Shown here piece by piece: positions 1 to 14,639 of a DNA stretch of 64,000 nt; positions within the stretch are counted from its first letter, which is position 1; the number at the start of each line of letters is the position of its first letter. Both the position numbers and the translations under genes were made by a program. This DNA is from Oopsacas minuta. Lineage: Eukaryota > Animalia > Porifera. The stretch lies in contig JAKMXF010000021.1 in assembly GCA_024704765.1 (NCBI GenBank), forward strand, positions 1-64,000, in the 5' to 3' direction. The notes beneath the pieces were generated by a model. That model ran no database searches and was not told the origin of the DNA. It worked only from the letters and a program-made list of their open reading frames with translations.

Positions 1-207
1 AGTTAGAATGGTTGAGTGGTACCTTACAAGTTTGCTTGAATTCTCTGACTTGTTAAGCATTTATTAATTTTGGTGTCTTATTCATATTGAAAACATATTC
101 ATTCAGTATTAACAATACGAAACCAATTAAATCCCTAAATCATTTCAACGCAATTACACAAATGTACATAATTATCATAGAGCATGTCAATATGCAATCA
201 AGAAGAT

Positions 208-283
208 ATCCCGGATTGAAGAAACAATCCCGGGAATTAGTCCCGAAACAATAACCTTCGGGATCCCGGGATTAAAAACCCTA
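208..283. mobile_element. Probable right end of a hAT-type element/MITE (left end outside window)
   Basis: Clustered CCCGG(G)/CGGGA subterminal motifs ending in ...GGGATTAAAAACCCTA (reverse complement TAGGGTTTTTAATCCCGGG), a common hAT terminus pattern. The partner end cannot be seen. Confidence 0.35.
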
Positions 284-514
284 GTTACAATATCTCAGTA
301 GTTTCGAATCGAATAGAACATGCCACAAACACTTTCCTTGACAACAAACAAACATACAGAGAATAATTGCAATTACTAATATTGACAAGCAAGCTATTGC
401 GTGGAGGAGCAAGCGAACACGTTGGGTTCGTGAGGGGCACCCTGCAGGTCCTTACTGTATTCTTTGTATTTACTATTGAACATATGCATATCAACCGTTT
501 ACATTTCTCATTTT

Positions 515-1849
515 CAACGGCCGTTTAAAAAATTCCCAACCTTGGTCATAGTATTTCAAGATATAGGATATTATATTACGTATCTGTATTCATAATAAAC
601 CTTATTCCATTATAATCTTATTCTATTATTTATTCAGAACTACTTTAACTTTGACCATATCCTTAATTGTTTTCTAGTTACGATTATTCCAATTTTCTCA
701 GTTTTGACTATCTTTGAACTATATTTATGGCTTCAAATTTGAAATTGACTAAAGATCCTAAATCAAAATTCGCATGCTTCTTGGTATTAGCCCTAAGGAT
801 ATTCTCATTGACTTGAAGGCGTTTATGGAGATGCTAGTCTTTCATATATTACAGTGAAGGAGTGAGCTAAGCGGTTTCGTGAAGGACGAGAGTCATTGGA
901 AGAAGAGGACAAATCTGGCGTCCCAGATCCGCCGTCATTAGCAGTAACACCTCTGAAATTCCCTGAAGAGTAGAAGATCTTCATATCACTGTTGAGGAGT
1001 CAGCTATGGGTGTAGGGATCTCAACGGGAGCTGTTCATTCCATATATATCAATGAGTAGAAAGTAACCAAACCTGTTCGAGGTGGATCCCACATTCCCTT
1101 ACAAAGGACCAAAAGGACCGTCGGGTAACTTGTGCAAGAAAAATGCTCACAAAGTACAAAGACTCGGATCCAAGAAGGCTGGCAGAAATCATTACTGGTG
1201 ACGAGACTTAGATAAGATACGAAAAGCCACTACCAAAGAAAGAAATAAGGTATGGGTCGTAAAAGGTGAGGCGCCTCCTCTCAATCCTAGGCTGGACTTC
1301 AGAGATCAGAAGGTCTGGTCCTCAATTTTCTTTGATGCACATGAGCCCAGTTGCCCAGATTATAACACCAAAGGGGAAGAAAACTAATGGGGACTTTTAT
1401 GCCAACAGTTGGCTGTCAGAAGTAAAAACATTACTGGGAGTGGAGGCCAAAGTCTGGATCGCGGCCATGCGATTATTGCATGATAATGCACGATCGCATA
1501 AAATACGCTCATAAAGTCAGAGTTGGATAGAATGAGAGTTGTTGAGGTAAATCGTCCACCCTACTCACCTGATCTCTCCCCTTATGATTTCTGGCTCTTT
1601 GCGAAGTTGAAAAAGGAGCTTGCAGGCAGGCATTATGACACTAGAATCGACATAGGGAACGTGATTTGGAGATCCCAGAAAAAGACATTCCACCTGGAGA
1701 GTATAAAAATGTATGTTTTACATGGCTAGATCGTCTACGAGTCATAGACGCTAATGGTGATTATTTCGAGAAAATACAACAATTGCACATGTATATTCTG
1801 TATGGTTCCAAAATATGGGATAGGGTCGGGGACTTTTGAACCCTCGTTG
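515..1849 (+). mobile_element. Degenerate mariner (DD34D) transposon
   Basis: Broken frames give KRFREGRESLEE (HTH), TGDET, LLHDNARSH and PPYSPDLSPYDFWLFAKLK. The right end GGGACTTTTGAACCCTCGTTG has only a loose inverted match at about 515. The length of about 1.3 kb fits mariner. Confidence 0.75.
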
Positions 1850-2175
1850 TACATGTGAAAGGATTAGCGATAAAATCATACGGAAAATTGTATTTTAAGA
1901 AATTCTGTCCAAAGGATTTCGAAAAACATGGGTGAAGATCGTCGATAAATATCCAATCGACAAACATTGGAGAAAATCAGATTCACTGTTCAATCCATAT
2001 GAAATGAGTCAATTAATAATCTATAATTGTCTATAATGATGTAAGAAAGAATTTCTTAAAAGTTGGGATTCTGTGAAAGATTTGTAACATTAAGACATCA
2101 AATTTAGGTCCAATCTACAAATTTCAAATATCAGAATGAATTAAATGCTTGATTGAGGTTAAGGCCCTTCGCAAA

Positions 2176-2319
2176 CAAAGGCATAGCTAGGCCTCCGCAA
2201 TAAGTGCGGAGAAATAGTGCGAGGGCGTGGCTTTAGCGCACTTGTAATACATTTCTATATTAACTTAGATTAGGCGTTGCATTTTTTGCGGCATTTGCCG
2301 CAATTTGGCTACGCCTCTG
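2176..2319. mobile_element. hAT-type MITE (144 bp) with 8-bp TSD
   Basis: TIRs CAAAGGCATAGC / CAGAGGCGTAGC (rc). Exact flanking direct repeat TTCGCAAA at 2168-2175 and 2320-2327. Confidence 0.8.
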
Positions 2320-3253
2320 TTCGCAAACAATCCATACAATATTATAATACACAGAAATATATAGGCGGAATTTCTATGAAATCATAGATGGCATACAAAG
2401 GAATAGTGTAACAAAAACCGATTATCTTCTGCTTGATGAACATAATATCATATCAAGTATTCTCCAATAGTCAAGAAAACGAAATTTATGATGTATCACA
2501 AATAAATATTACAATACACAAACATCCTGAAATATGTATCCAAAATAAACATCGATCAGATTCGTATATTTTCAATAAAGAAATTTGCTTAAATATCCAT
2601 TTGATTGCGAATATAAAGTCTAAAATCCAATGGCCTAGTATTTGCTCTATTGCGTATATATATTATACAGATTCTTCAATATCGGTTATCCCTGTAAATG
2701 GTTCACTAACAGAGAAATCCTGAACATGCATATACTTATAAGTTGGATGTGAATGATGATGTTGCAATAAATCAGTAGTTCCTAAAAATGAACAAAATAT
2801 AACTGAAATTTTGCAACAGGAAATACACAAAAAAGAGTATACTAGTAGTCCAAAGCGTGTAAAAATAGCAACGAATTGCAAATTTTAAAACATTCCAGAG
2901 TGAATTCAGAAATTTCAAAACAATCATATAGAGTTATCACAAAAATGGCTCATTTACATATGCTTTGCGCCTTGGATTTAGCATAATGATCAGGCTACGA
3001 AGTTCTTGCATTGGAAAATATTCAATTCTTTTTGATATTGTTCAATGCCTCAGAAAATACACTCAATTTTCACATGATTCACTATAATCGGCATAATCAT
3101 GTATTTGGATACATTCTAGACGTATTTTTTGAAGCTTTTTGAAACCTTTAAGAATTTAGAACATCATATAAAGTAATGCCAGAAAAATATCCATAGAATG
3201 AATAGACATATAAACAGTATGAGCTAAGTGTTCAATATTGATAAATTAGTCTG

Positions 3254-4032
3254 CTATTTCACAATAGAAGTCTCGCTGAGTTGTATTTCTAAAGCCCTCA
3301 AGAAAGTGTGTCTAGCACCACAACTGCACATGATTCCTTTATATGGTTTCCCATTCCTACGGTAACACGAAAGGCCCAAAATGTGAACCAGACAGTTAGA
3401 AAATTTTGACCCAGTACGCCACCTGCCCTGAGTCCTTAGGTAACTAGAGTCAACACTAAGTGGCTTCACATAGTACTGTCTTAACTTAAAAAATCTATCA
3501 TAAACCAACTTTATACACCTATCATGACAGCTTATACAACTCCCTATGTATATTAAAGCATAGTATACATCTAATAATAGATAAATACACCATGAAACTA
3601 TAGTTAAGATGCGATTGAAGACAGCGGCAATTTTAACATGTGCAATTTGAGCTAATATTACAGAGTTGACATAATTTGTCAATGTTATTATGAATCCACA
3701 TCATGTAAAGTTCCCGCGTATCTATCTTCAGGGTTGGTATCGGGAACACTTGTCAAACTCTGAACGGAACAGAACACAAACTTCTTCCCTTTCGGAACAA
3801 GCACATAACCTGAAACCAGAGTGCATATGCGTGTAGATGATATATCAATATACAAGAGATTCAATTCAACATATTTAAATAAATTGTGGCCAAAACAACG
3901 TGGTCTTTCCATGGTTTCGAAGAGGTTGTTGTGCTGGCGCCTTAGGTCAAGAAGCAACCTAGAAACGTAGTGCTCTAGTAATATAATAATGTACATTAAA
4001 TGTGATCTTAAGTTACCAGAATTGAGGTTCAA
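3254..4032 (-). pseudogene. Possible decayed LTR-retrotransposon integrase fragment (BEL/Pao-like)
   Basis: The minus-strand ORF has a weak H..H/CxxC pattern (IGSCISCHDR) followed by FSNC.V and TFLRALE, which resemble BEL integrase motifs. No LTRs were found. Confidence 0.3.
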
Positions 4033-7000
4033 TTACGGTTTCGGATATAATTTACTGCTATTAACATTTGTGACATTAAGATCCTAAGAAAAATTGACCC
4101 AGGTGTTGTGAACTAGTGCTCTAGAACTCTAAAGAGGTCAACATAAAATATGAGTACTTTAGAATTCTGTCATAGATAAAATATTTTTTGCATTCTACAC
4201 AAAAGCAATTTAGAAAGAAAAACAGAAATTCACAATGTGCCAAGTCCGAAATGGTCAACATGAAACCTGAACATGATTCCAAGGCATCGATGTTGACAAC
4301 AGAGAATATTTCGTGGACGGGGAATTTCCAAACGGCAAATTCATCCATATTTATTTCAGCACAAAGTAGATATTCCTACTTGCAACACCTAAATCGTGAT
4401 AACTTTCTATAGATATATATTCTGACTTGGCGAAGCGCAAAGTAAGAATTCATAATTGGGACAAAAGAGTTGGGAATGTTTCAGAAGGGAGATATTTTCC
4501 CTGGAGCTCATGTCAACATTTAGCAGGAGTGTTTTTGAATGGATAGGCTTCCTACTAATTGTGGGCGGGTGTATTTTGAAGTGATATAAGAATAATAGAG
4601 GACATTTATCGAATTCACTCAGAAAAACTATTGTATTGTTGTATTCAAGGATTTATTTCACTATTTGATTGAGGTGAAATATAATGCATTGGATATCTGT
4701 CATACATGCCATTATGGAGTAATCATAATACAATTGTAGAATATGTCTGAAATACGAACCATAAATTTTGCAATAATTAAATTCCCACGTCAAAGAGCGG
4801 CAAATATATCTCTAAATCAATAAGATCCTATTCGGTTGTGAAGACTAGTTTATGTTGCTTTGCCATCGTAAAGTAGGGAGAGATCTTAATTGAAAAATAT
4901 TGTAACCTAGTTGAGAAAAGTAGGGATAATTATACTTAGCCGTGAACACATATCGCTCATCTTCCTTTATCTTATGCTACATTGAATACAGTCGTACTTT
5001 TGTGAATGCCTTTAAACATGAGTATTAGCATTATAAGTGTAAACTGCATTTAGTAAATAGATTCTCTTCAACTAACCAAACCACTGCCAATGGAGGCAGT
5101 CTCGGTATGAGATATAGCCAAACCATCAAATGGTAATCTGACATAAAGCAAATAAATAGAAACAACAGTTAGTGAACTAAGGAACAATTAACAACTGAAC
5201 TAGATTTGATCAATCGATAGGAAAAACACAACTGCATTACTTTTTAGTTCCAATTTTCCATAGGGAGAACCTAACTATATAGTAACAGAAAATTCTTATT
5301 CTTTAGCACAGCTCCAAGATTAGGCCGTGCGAAAATCGGATCGAGAAAGTAGGATATTCCAAGTATGAAATTGCTAGCAAAATATATTAATTCTACTAAA
5401 TACTAGTACTCCTGCTCAGAAATAATACATAGGGTAATCCCCTTACGGTTGGCAAGTATGCGTAGGCCATACTTGCTGACTGTGCCGATTGTCCCAATGG
5501 TTATTGAATTCCAAAACGATAAATTTACGAAATAACATTAAGGGTGAAAAATTGAGAGAGACCAGTAACTTCTAATTCAGCCGATCCACGTTGACAAAAT
5601 TTAACAAATATTTTCGATTCGACAGGAATATTCTCCATAATCCATTATACTACCAAAAGAATCAGAAGCCTTCTTATTCAAATCAAAACAAATGAACTTT
5701 GGTTGATAATCTTATTAAGTTGATCAAAGCCGAATTTGCAGATGAAAAAGCTTCTAATTTCTTCCGAGTGTTGCCATAAAGGTCGTGCTGTTGACTATGA
5801 AGTGCATGGCTTTGATAGCCTGAGGCACCTCGCATTGGGTCAGAAATGCAAAATCAGGAACAATTCACAATCTTCGAAGAGGTTAGCTAGCTATTCGCCA
5901 ATGTACTTATGCGGATATTGGGGAATAATATATTTAGATCTACACTACGAGCCCCAAGGTAGAAGCATTGTAAGACCCTGCGCCCCACCTTGGTAAATAA
6001 TGCACTTAGGACATAAACGAATTATAATTGTATTTTCGTGAATTATAATGATATCTGTCGTTCTTATTGAAAATATAAATTCTGCCTTCCTACACTCAAA
6101 TAGCCTGCGGGAAAAGTCTACTCCTTTCTGACAAAACCATTTTTGGGTGGTTCGTTTGCTGTGGTGTTTTACTTACCATTTTTTGGGAAGTACAACTGGA
6201 AGTCAGAGAAAAGTTGCATATTCTTTCGAAGGCAGATTTGGAAAAGGATCAAGTTTCCTTTGCCATGTAATTATAACTAGCCTTGACTGAAATTGTTAAC
6301 ATTTGAAGGGAATTAAAATAGTATAACCGAAGATATTATAGAGATTACAATGCCGATTCAGGGCCATACTTTAGGCGAAGTCACTATCCAATAACTAATT
6401 GGGCATCATAAACTACTCTGAAAAGACGAAAGAATAACTGGGACTGCTGCATCGGTATGTACTTATGCAGTTGCAAAAACGTATTTCTTCCAATTCAAGC
6501 TTGGTTGCGAATGTACAAAATATGGATCACACATTGCGGCTCTCGATTCAAATCCTTGCAAAAACTTAAACCGCGGAACGGTCTGTTAGTTGTCTTGGTC
6601 GGAGGAAATCTAATTAATAAATACAATCACCCAGACTCGCTTTAACCACATTACTATGGTCAGCGTCCATAACGACGTGAAAAATAAGTTGGAACTTGGC
6701 CTACTTGTAGATATATGGCGATTTTGTGTGTGACAAGTGAAAAACAGTAACTCTGCAGAACTTATGGATGAATGAATGAAACAATTATCAAAAAGTAATG
6801 AAGCCAGTGAGAGGGTTGGTTTTGGAAGCGAACACACTCTATACTATTCTGAACTATATATAAAGAATTGCTGCTAATGATAAGTTAGTTAGTTTTGAAG
6901 GATGTTAGTATATCTTTGTAATGATAGAGGTTCCCACGCCGTTCGTGGTTGCTAAGTTCGTGAAAATTGCTGTGAGCAACAAATCCGCGAAAGTCGAGAC

Positions 7001-7678
7001 TATAACTTGATTAATAAGAATAGTGGTGTAGCGCTCCCAGATTTGAGCACAACACACAAACAGTGGATCTAAAACAAAAAAGAATCAATAAGAGAAAAAA
7101 ATTATGAGGGAAATTAGCACTATTGCCTTGAGAACGGAATTTAATTTCACTTCATGTTACCATCCAATTCCGTCAAGGTCAATATTGAGATCCTATAGAA
7201 TTTCCCACAGTTTCCAAGGATATGAATATCCACACGCCAAACATATGATTGCCATGAGAACGGTATTTGAAATTCAATTCTCATTCCCATACAACTACGA
7301 CAGTTTCCCAAGGAATTTCTATTCCAAAGTCAACCCCTGAAAATTTGGGGGTATATTCACAGATGAAGTTGAAAATCAAGAGTTTAAATACATGATCGTA
7401 GGCAAACAATGGAATATCTTGGGTCTTGAAATACATAATTTAAAACTTAGGACAAATATCAAAACTTAATTATATCGCGGTGATCTGTACTCTGTACATG
7501 ATATTTTGATAAATATACCTTCGTATTCAAAAACAACACATTGTGGGTAACGTAAGATGGGGCTACTTTGCCTTACAGGGCATACTTTAGCCCAAATATG
7601 GAAAATTTCTTAAAATATCATATAATCGTAATGTACTAAAGTGCTGCATACATTACAACAAAGGTTGCAACGCATGCC

Positions 7679-7741
7679 TGCAGTTGCGGTGCCCAAATAG
7701 TTGACCTAGGGCCTAGGTAAACTTTGGGCACCGTGTATGCA
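7679..7741. repeat. 63-nt imperfect hairpin / inverted repeat
   Basis: CGGTGCCCAAA...TTTGGGCACCG is a perfect 11-bp stem. Inner GTTGACCTAG/CTAGGTAAAC pairs 9/10 around a GGC loop, with an outer TGCA pair. Confidence 0.75.
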
Positions 7742-7860
7742 TCTTCGCTATGGTAGCTAAGCCTCCTACAAATTTCCTAGAATGTATACATTATGGGTGT
7801 ATAATCTATCAAATTGTATCTAAGGGATGCAAAGGCGATCCCGAGGTTGGAAACTACTCA

Positions 7861-8330
7861 TCTAAATTCATATATATAAGTTAAGCGTTCGGAATTGAAT
7901 GAAGAAACTAGAATACCTGCTGGACTATGTTTAGAAATACATGGATTACTTGAGCCTTGGATAGAGGAATTTGAGTCTTAGACGAAAGGTAACACCTAAG
8001 ACATCATGTGACAGCGAAAGAATTTCCACTGTCCAGACAATATACTTGTTAGATTATTGAATTTGAACACAGGTACCTCTAAAAATGCTAAATTTCCTGA
8101 CGCCATGATTTCTGCAAAAACTAACTTATGATTGAATTATTACGTCGTGATGACTTCACATAAAGTTCAAACTTTTCCGAATATAGATTTATTGAGAATT
8201 TCTAATTACATAAGGTATAAAGTCCGCAGATTCTAAACCTAGTGCCCCCTTAATAGCTACAGTATTATCAAAGAAGGCTATTAATTCAGATTTGGATGAA
8301 CCATGGAAGATGAAAATAACTTTGCTATGA
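7861..8330 (+). mobile_element. Non-autonomous Helitron-like family copy, 5' part
   Basis: Starts A|TC. Shares GAAGAAACTAGAA, GAGTCTT(A/G)GACG and ACAGGTACCTC blocks with the copies at 15.2-15.9 kb and 31.4-33.4 kb. No 3' CTAG end seen. Confidence 0.5.
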
Positions 8331-10777
8331 ATTCAGCAGCTTGATCATGTTGTTTTCATGGACACTATAACCATATATCAGATAAATATCCTGTAGCCTG
8401 TATTTCACTTCTTTTGTAATCTTCATCTTTAGAAGGCGCGCAACCACACAGTTACAGAGATAGCAAAAATTATGGGGTTATATCAAAACGAGTAAGACGG
8501 AATGTCATAAACACGATCAATGCTCTAATGTACCCAAGCTTCTACAGTTAATTCGATAGGATGTAATGATCGTCAGGGATTGTGCTTGGCTCTTTATTGA
8601 CATATGTGACATGATGATACCTAAGAAAGGATATGCGAAGTTAATCCAACTATAGAGAGTTGAAAAAAACAGATTATTTACATAATCTTCAACATCTTTG
8701 TACAGTCCAAGCGAATTAAAGCTGCAACGAATTGCTTCAATTTTCTTCCCTTTCTGGTACTAACCTAATGATATAATCCTGTGATAGTTTGTGATTCCCC
8801 TGACTTTGGGGTACTTGGAAGAAGTTTTCATACCCATCATGATTCCGAATATTCTTTGTAGGAAAAGTAAATAATGGACATTTCAAGGGTTCAAATCAGT
8901 GGCGGGATTAATTGGCGAGACATGTTAGCTATTTCTAACACGTATATACATGGTTAAACAGTTCTTTAAACATACAGAGGGCTCTATCTATTGTCTTCTC
9001 TTGAATAGCGGTGATTGTGACGTTCTCCTCATGTACACAGCGTTATAAACGATACTTGCTCTCAACCTTGCCAATAATTCTGCAATTCTTTGTCCATCTC
9101 GGAGTGCAGGAACAGGGACAGTAGGTGGATACCCATTAATGATAACAATAATTATTATGTGTCAATACTAATACTTAAGATGTATTTCAAAGTAACTGCC
9201 CTACTGTAAATAAATTATCATAAATGATGGGTTTTGACTAGGTGCCTACACCGAAGTGAAATTTAAAGAATATCTCGACTCTTGAAACCATAGTTACTGG
9301 TTATAAGAAATTTTGTAAACTAAGAGCATTTGTCATATTGTTCAAACGTTGTATATTTCCTCATTGAAATAGGTTAGAATAGTGGTAAACAGGCTCTGAA
9401 TTACATAGTTTGTAACAAAAGAAACATAACTGACAGAAGTTTGTAAATACATAAATCATACATAGAGTTAGAAGTAACGGCATTTCAAGATGCCTGAAAG
9501 GACTTTAATCACAATCTAGCACAGAGTGAGCACCCAAAGTTTCGACTTTGAATTAGAGCTCATACATGCATATATTGGGGATGCTTCATTCAGAAAAGGT
9601 CCCAGAGAAATCCCTGCCCATGACAGTACCGATCCAGCAATGTTAGGTATAGGATTAACATCATGATCGTCCAGCTGACAGCTTATACATTCTTCTTCTA
9701 ACCTAAATAGCTAAATAACATAATACAAAATGAATACCTTAAGGCCTTCATTTAGAGTTAGGCAACAACACCTTAAGTGTGCATAGAATAAATTTCTCGT
9801 GCTCTCATAAATTTTTCCAAATGTCACGCACCCAGATAAGGCTTGAATACTATACATTTTACTCCTGGAACATTTTGTACCATTAATTAATCACTTCTGC
9901 ATTACTATGTATACACTCCCGCTTAAAATTGATGATGGGCAGTATTGATAGTCGACAGGATCCAATCTTCATCAACAAAAGTTATTGGACATATTGCTAT
10001 GATTCATTGAATGAGTTTAGTCTACTGAAAACCAAAATGATATCTAGTAAAAAAAATTATAACAATACAAACAAAAGAAGTACCTACAATATATACAAAA
10101 TATGAAAGCGGATGAGTGAATTGTGCTGTAAGATTTCATCTAAACCAAAATATAAATCAAAGCAATCATCTCTAATCGTGTATTATTGAAAGTTATTGAA
10201 ATTGTATCAAGCATTTCGTGTATTGATTTAAAACAGTGAGGTAATAGTATCATAAATTTATTGGAACATAATAACTATACGTAACCTAAATTTTTACCAA
10301 ATCGGGTGAAAAATGCAGAAAAGACCAGAAAAACGGTTTTCCAAATGCTTTGGTATTTTCTAGAAAGGGGCTGTATGTCGGAACACTGCTACAAAGGTTT
10401 TTCAATTGGTATTACTCTGAATGATGGGGACCAATTTTGACGAACCGCTGGTGTTGGCATTAAGATGGTTACATGGTATGAGATATCAAATTCCTCCATC
10501 CACTTATAAATATTTGAAAACCTCAAAATTTCTGATTATTTGAATGCTGAGTATTTGCGTATTAGATATATTTCTTGATTAACCCATTTCGCCATGTCAG
10601 TTGACATGGTTCGAAAAAAGCTGCCAGTCTTTCCCCATTATGTATTTTTAGGTACACCTAGCAAAGTACATTGATAACGACTTCATGAATTTTCAAATTG
10701 TTACTATTCGCCGTTTCCCTACACACAAATGTAAATTGACGTAAATTGCAGTTATTTATGAATATTTCTGTATTATA

Positions 10778-12082
10778 CGAAGGGCACTCGAAAAGTTTTG
10801 TCGTTTGTTATTAAACCACAAATATTTTCTAAAAATTATTTCATATATATTTAGACGCATATTATTACCTACACAACAAATTTCATCAATTTATCTTTTG
10901 TACTTTTTGAATTGCTTGATTTCTAAAGCTATGGCTTGTATGATTCCTCAACCAGAATCTGACCTCACAAAACGCGATTTTAAAGCGATGATTTTAATTT
11001 TGTTGAAACTTGTGAAGAGCCGTTCGGAAATACGCAAAACTTTGCAGAAGCACTTCCCAAATATAGTTCCTTGTTTGAGAACAGTAGGGCGATGGTACTC
11101 AGAGTTTATTCATCGAAGTTTTATTTTTGAAGAAGGTCCCCGTCCTGGTAGGCCAAGTATCACACACACGATCGAAAATGTAAAGCTGGTGTTGACGAAG
11201 TAACAAAAGACCGTCATGTTACTTACGATCAATTAGAACATGAAACAAAATTGTCATCGGGGAGTATAAACGTCATCTTACATAAAGAGCTCGGTCTTAG
11301 AAAATTATGTGCACGTTGGATCCCGCATTCTTTGTCGTCCGATCAGATAAAGTGCCGAGTGGACTTTTGCAAAATTATGCTTAAAAGATTTGTTAATGGA
11401 ACTTCTAGAGCTGTTTCTGAAATACTCACAGGCGATGAGACATGGAAATACCACTATGATCCAGAAACGAAGAGACGATCTAAGGAGTGGGTTGAAGAAG
11501 GTGGTTTACCTCCAACAAAGGTCCAGAGAATTAGATCAGCCGGAAAGCAGATGTGGGCGATTTTCTTTAAACGTAGTGGATTTATTGAAGGAATTGCACT
11601 TGAGGATAGGAATATAGTCACCGCTGATTGGTATACCACAGTATCTCTTCCGAAAGTATTCAGTGCTATCGAAAAACAACGTGAGAAGTCAAGTGTCCGA
11701 GGAATCCTGCTTCATCACGATAATGCTTCATCGTATACAGCACTAAGAACTCGTGAGTTTTTAGAGAATTATTGGATCGGAACGCTACCCCACCCACCCT
11801 ACAGTCCAGATCTAGCCCCTTGCGATTTTTGGTTATTCCCAAAGCTGAAAGATCAACGTCGAGGGAGGAGAATTATCAGCAATGAAGAGTTGACCGGGAC
11901 ACTTTTCTTAGCAATTGAGGAGATACCCAAAGAAGAATGGAAAATGCGCTTTGACACCTGGTTTAAACGCATGAAAAGGTGTATAGAGTGTCAGGGCGAG
12001 TGTTTTGAAAAAATGTGACCATATAATATGTAATACCTATTATATAAGTATATAAACGACAAAACCTTTCGAGTGCCCCTCG
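10778..12082 (+). mobile_element. mariner (DD34D) transposon, full length
   Basis: About 30-bp TIRs CGA(A/G)GGGCACTCGAAA(A/G)GTTTTGTCGTTT, TA duplication at 10776-7 and 12083-4, 1305 bp. Confidence 0.95.
10931..12018 (+). pseudogene. mariner transposase, one stop/frameshift near 11200
   Basis: Motifs EGPRPGRP, WIPHSL, TGDETW, HHDNASSY, HPPYSPDLAPCDFWLFPKLK. Split across ORFs 10805-11203 and 11251-12018 in different frames. Confidence 0.93.
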
Positions 12083-14639
12083 TATAATTAATCACATGCA
12101 ATGAATTCTATTTCATCATTAAGCACATTGGTCATATTCCATTACTTGAAATATATGTGGAATACGAGTTATGTGAATTTCCTACCATTCTACATTATGA
12201 GAATGATGTCATATATCGCTTCCAGTTAGGGTTGGAAAAGAGAAAGTGCTATATACAATAGGAATTCAGAGTTAACAAGTCATTTAGTAATACTTACTTC
12301 CCTCAAATATTTGTGGAATACGAGTTATGTGGTTTGAAACATCTGAGAAATAGTTAGGCATAGAAATGGCACGATTCTTGAAAAAGGATTCAAAGATAAG
12401 GATGCCATAAGCATTATTGCTTATAATTATTCTCAATTGATTTGTTACTATTGTTCTTGTAGTCTAGTCTCTTAGCCCAGCAAATATTAGTATGTCAAAT
12501 CGTTGGGCAGCTTACAATTGTCGGGGTAATTACATAAGTGAACCTTATATTCCAATTGTTAATCTCCTACCAATGAGGATGAAGTTTTAGAGTTGAAAGG
12601 CGGCCGATTGAACCCCTAACCTATAGTTAGAGAGTAGCGAAAGGATGTCCATAATCTGTGTTCCTATGGACTTAAACGATAAACACTTGACACGCTACAA
12701 TAAAAAACATTACACAAAATATCCACAATTTCCTTCATCTGTGATAACAGTCTCTAAATCAAAGAGTCAATTACTTGGTGGTCTAGAGAAAGTGGCGTTG
12801 GATGAAATCGAATATTTCTCATCTGTGATACGTACACATCATGAAGAATTGATGCAACAATGAGATATCAGATATCTTCAAGAGCTATCTTTCGTGAAGG
12901 AGGGTATAGAATATATTTCATTTGGGAAGATATCATAGCATTTTTGAAGAGGACAATAAGAGTTCACAGCGACCCACAAACTTACATCTACATCACTATT
13001 TCTTAAATATCACCAACGCCAGTGCCTACCTATCGAATGTCAAGTTTTTTACGAGAAGACTGTAACAGCATTAATAGCTTTGATTAACATATTAACAGCT
13101 AGAACTAGAAGAGGGAGATGAGGCATAAAGTGAATTCTTGCATGAGATTGATAGAAGAGGGTTTAGAGTGCCTAGATTAGACACCACATGCATAGGCGTA
13201 GAATGTCTATAAAAATTGTAAAATTGTGGGTTGTGCAATAATTTGCTATTGTGATATATCTAGAGATAAAACTATTGGTTTACATTATCAATAATCTGGA
13301 TTAAGAATTTCATGAACAGCACAATGAAAATACAAACTATAAAATGCTGAAAGTGAATTACCAAGAACTACAGTGTAAACTCCATCTCATTATTTATATC
13401 AATTAGAAAATCACCGTGAAGCATTACAACTTTCTGGTTTGTAAGCTAAACTTATAATACAGATATAAATATAGAATAATTAACTGTCACGAGAATACTA
13501 AGGCTTTTAATCTTTCAAAACCATTAATAGACAAGTACAACTGGATAAAGTAATCGAGGTAGTTCATGCAGTATGTTTTGGACTGGGACCAAGGAGATGT
13601 TTGAGTAATCGAAGATAGACTATCTAGAAATATCTCTGAGAAAGTGGACTTACTGATAGCATTGGTACAGATTTGCATGAAGTTGTAAAAACCTAGGAAG
13701 CGAATCTATTAGCTGCAGCCCTAGAATAATAACCGGGGGGTCTCACAGCACCTCAGAGGAAAACGCCTATGGCCACATGTTTTGTCTAAAATAGCCATCA
13801 ATCTCCTTCGTAATCTTCCTGAGGCAAAAAACATACGTCGAGTTACAATAAGAAAATTCCTTCATATATAGACAGCCCTCTTACTGAAAAATGGGAGTCG
13901 AGTTGTAATTTTGTTAATACCCTGCTAAAAGCTAGAGTTAATCCACAAGTGATCGGAAGCAACAAAATGGCTGTCTTCAACGAAAGGAGATACTACAGTA
14001 GCGTAATTACAAATTATGTCCTATTCATTATTATCTTTGAATTCCTATTCAAGTTTCACACCTTTTCCATGGTAAATTCTAACCATCAAGAAGAGATTAA
14101 GATATTTACATGAATAGAAGAGATGTGAAAACCACAAAACTAAAATAATAAGCATTTATGATAAGTCAGCTAACTCAATCGACTCCTAATATGGAACTTT
14201 CAATTCGATAATTATACATTTCAGATACCTCACACGAAACAATTACGAATTATTAAGGATTACATTATACGGAGTTGTAAAACCACACAACTCAAATCAC
14301 AGAAATATTTGTGGTATGGAATTATCATTAAATGACTCCAAACCTATGAATTCTCATCGAATAATAGCACATTTCTCATGTCTAACTCCAAAAGGAAGAG
14401 AAATATGACATCATAACTTCCTACTCAACGATGACATATTTCGTGGATCAGACGATAGCGGTTGAATAGACAGTCCTTTATTAACTCAGTATATGGTTAC
14501 AGTACAGTTTTTCCAGTCATTGTGGTTTGTTCTCAAATATAGCGGCACAGTAGCATAGAAAACTGTGTTCCAAAAGGGGAGCAATGAGTCAATAAAAACA
14601 AGGGTCAGAACCCAGGATTCTAAACATGAGTGATCAATG

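Noticed and set aside
5765-5830. tRNA-derived SINE head or tRNA pseudogene
   Set aside because: Only a vague B-box-like GGCTTTGATAGCC, with no cloverleaf and no second copy.
6450-6600. EGF-like reading (GCECTKYG...SNPCKN)
   Set aside because: Cysteine spacing is incomplete, there are no supporting splice sites or neighbouring repeats, and chance is likely.
8400-14100. Decayed LINE fragments (NVTITAIQE near 9000, ASDHLWI near 13950) on the minus strand
   Set aside because: The motifs are weak and in an order inconsistent with one element. Not supportable without a search.
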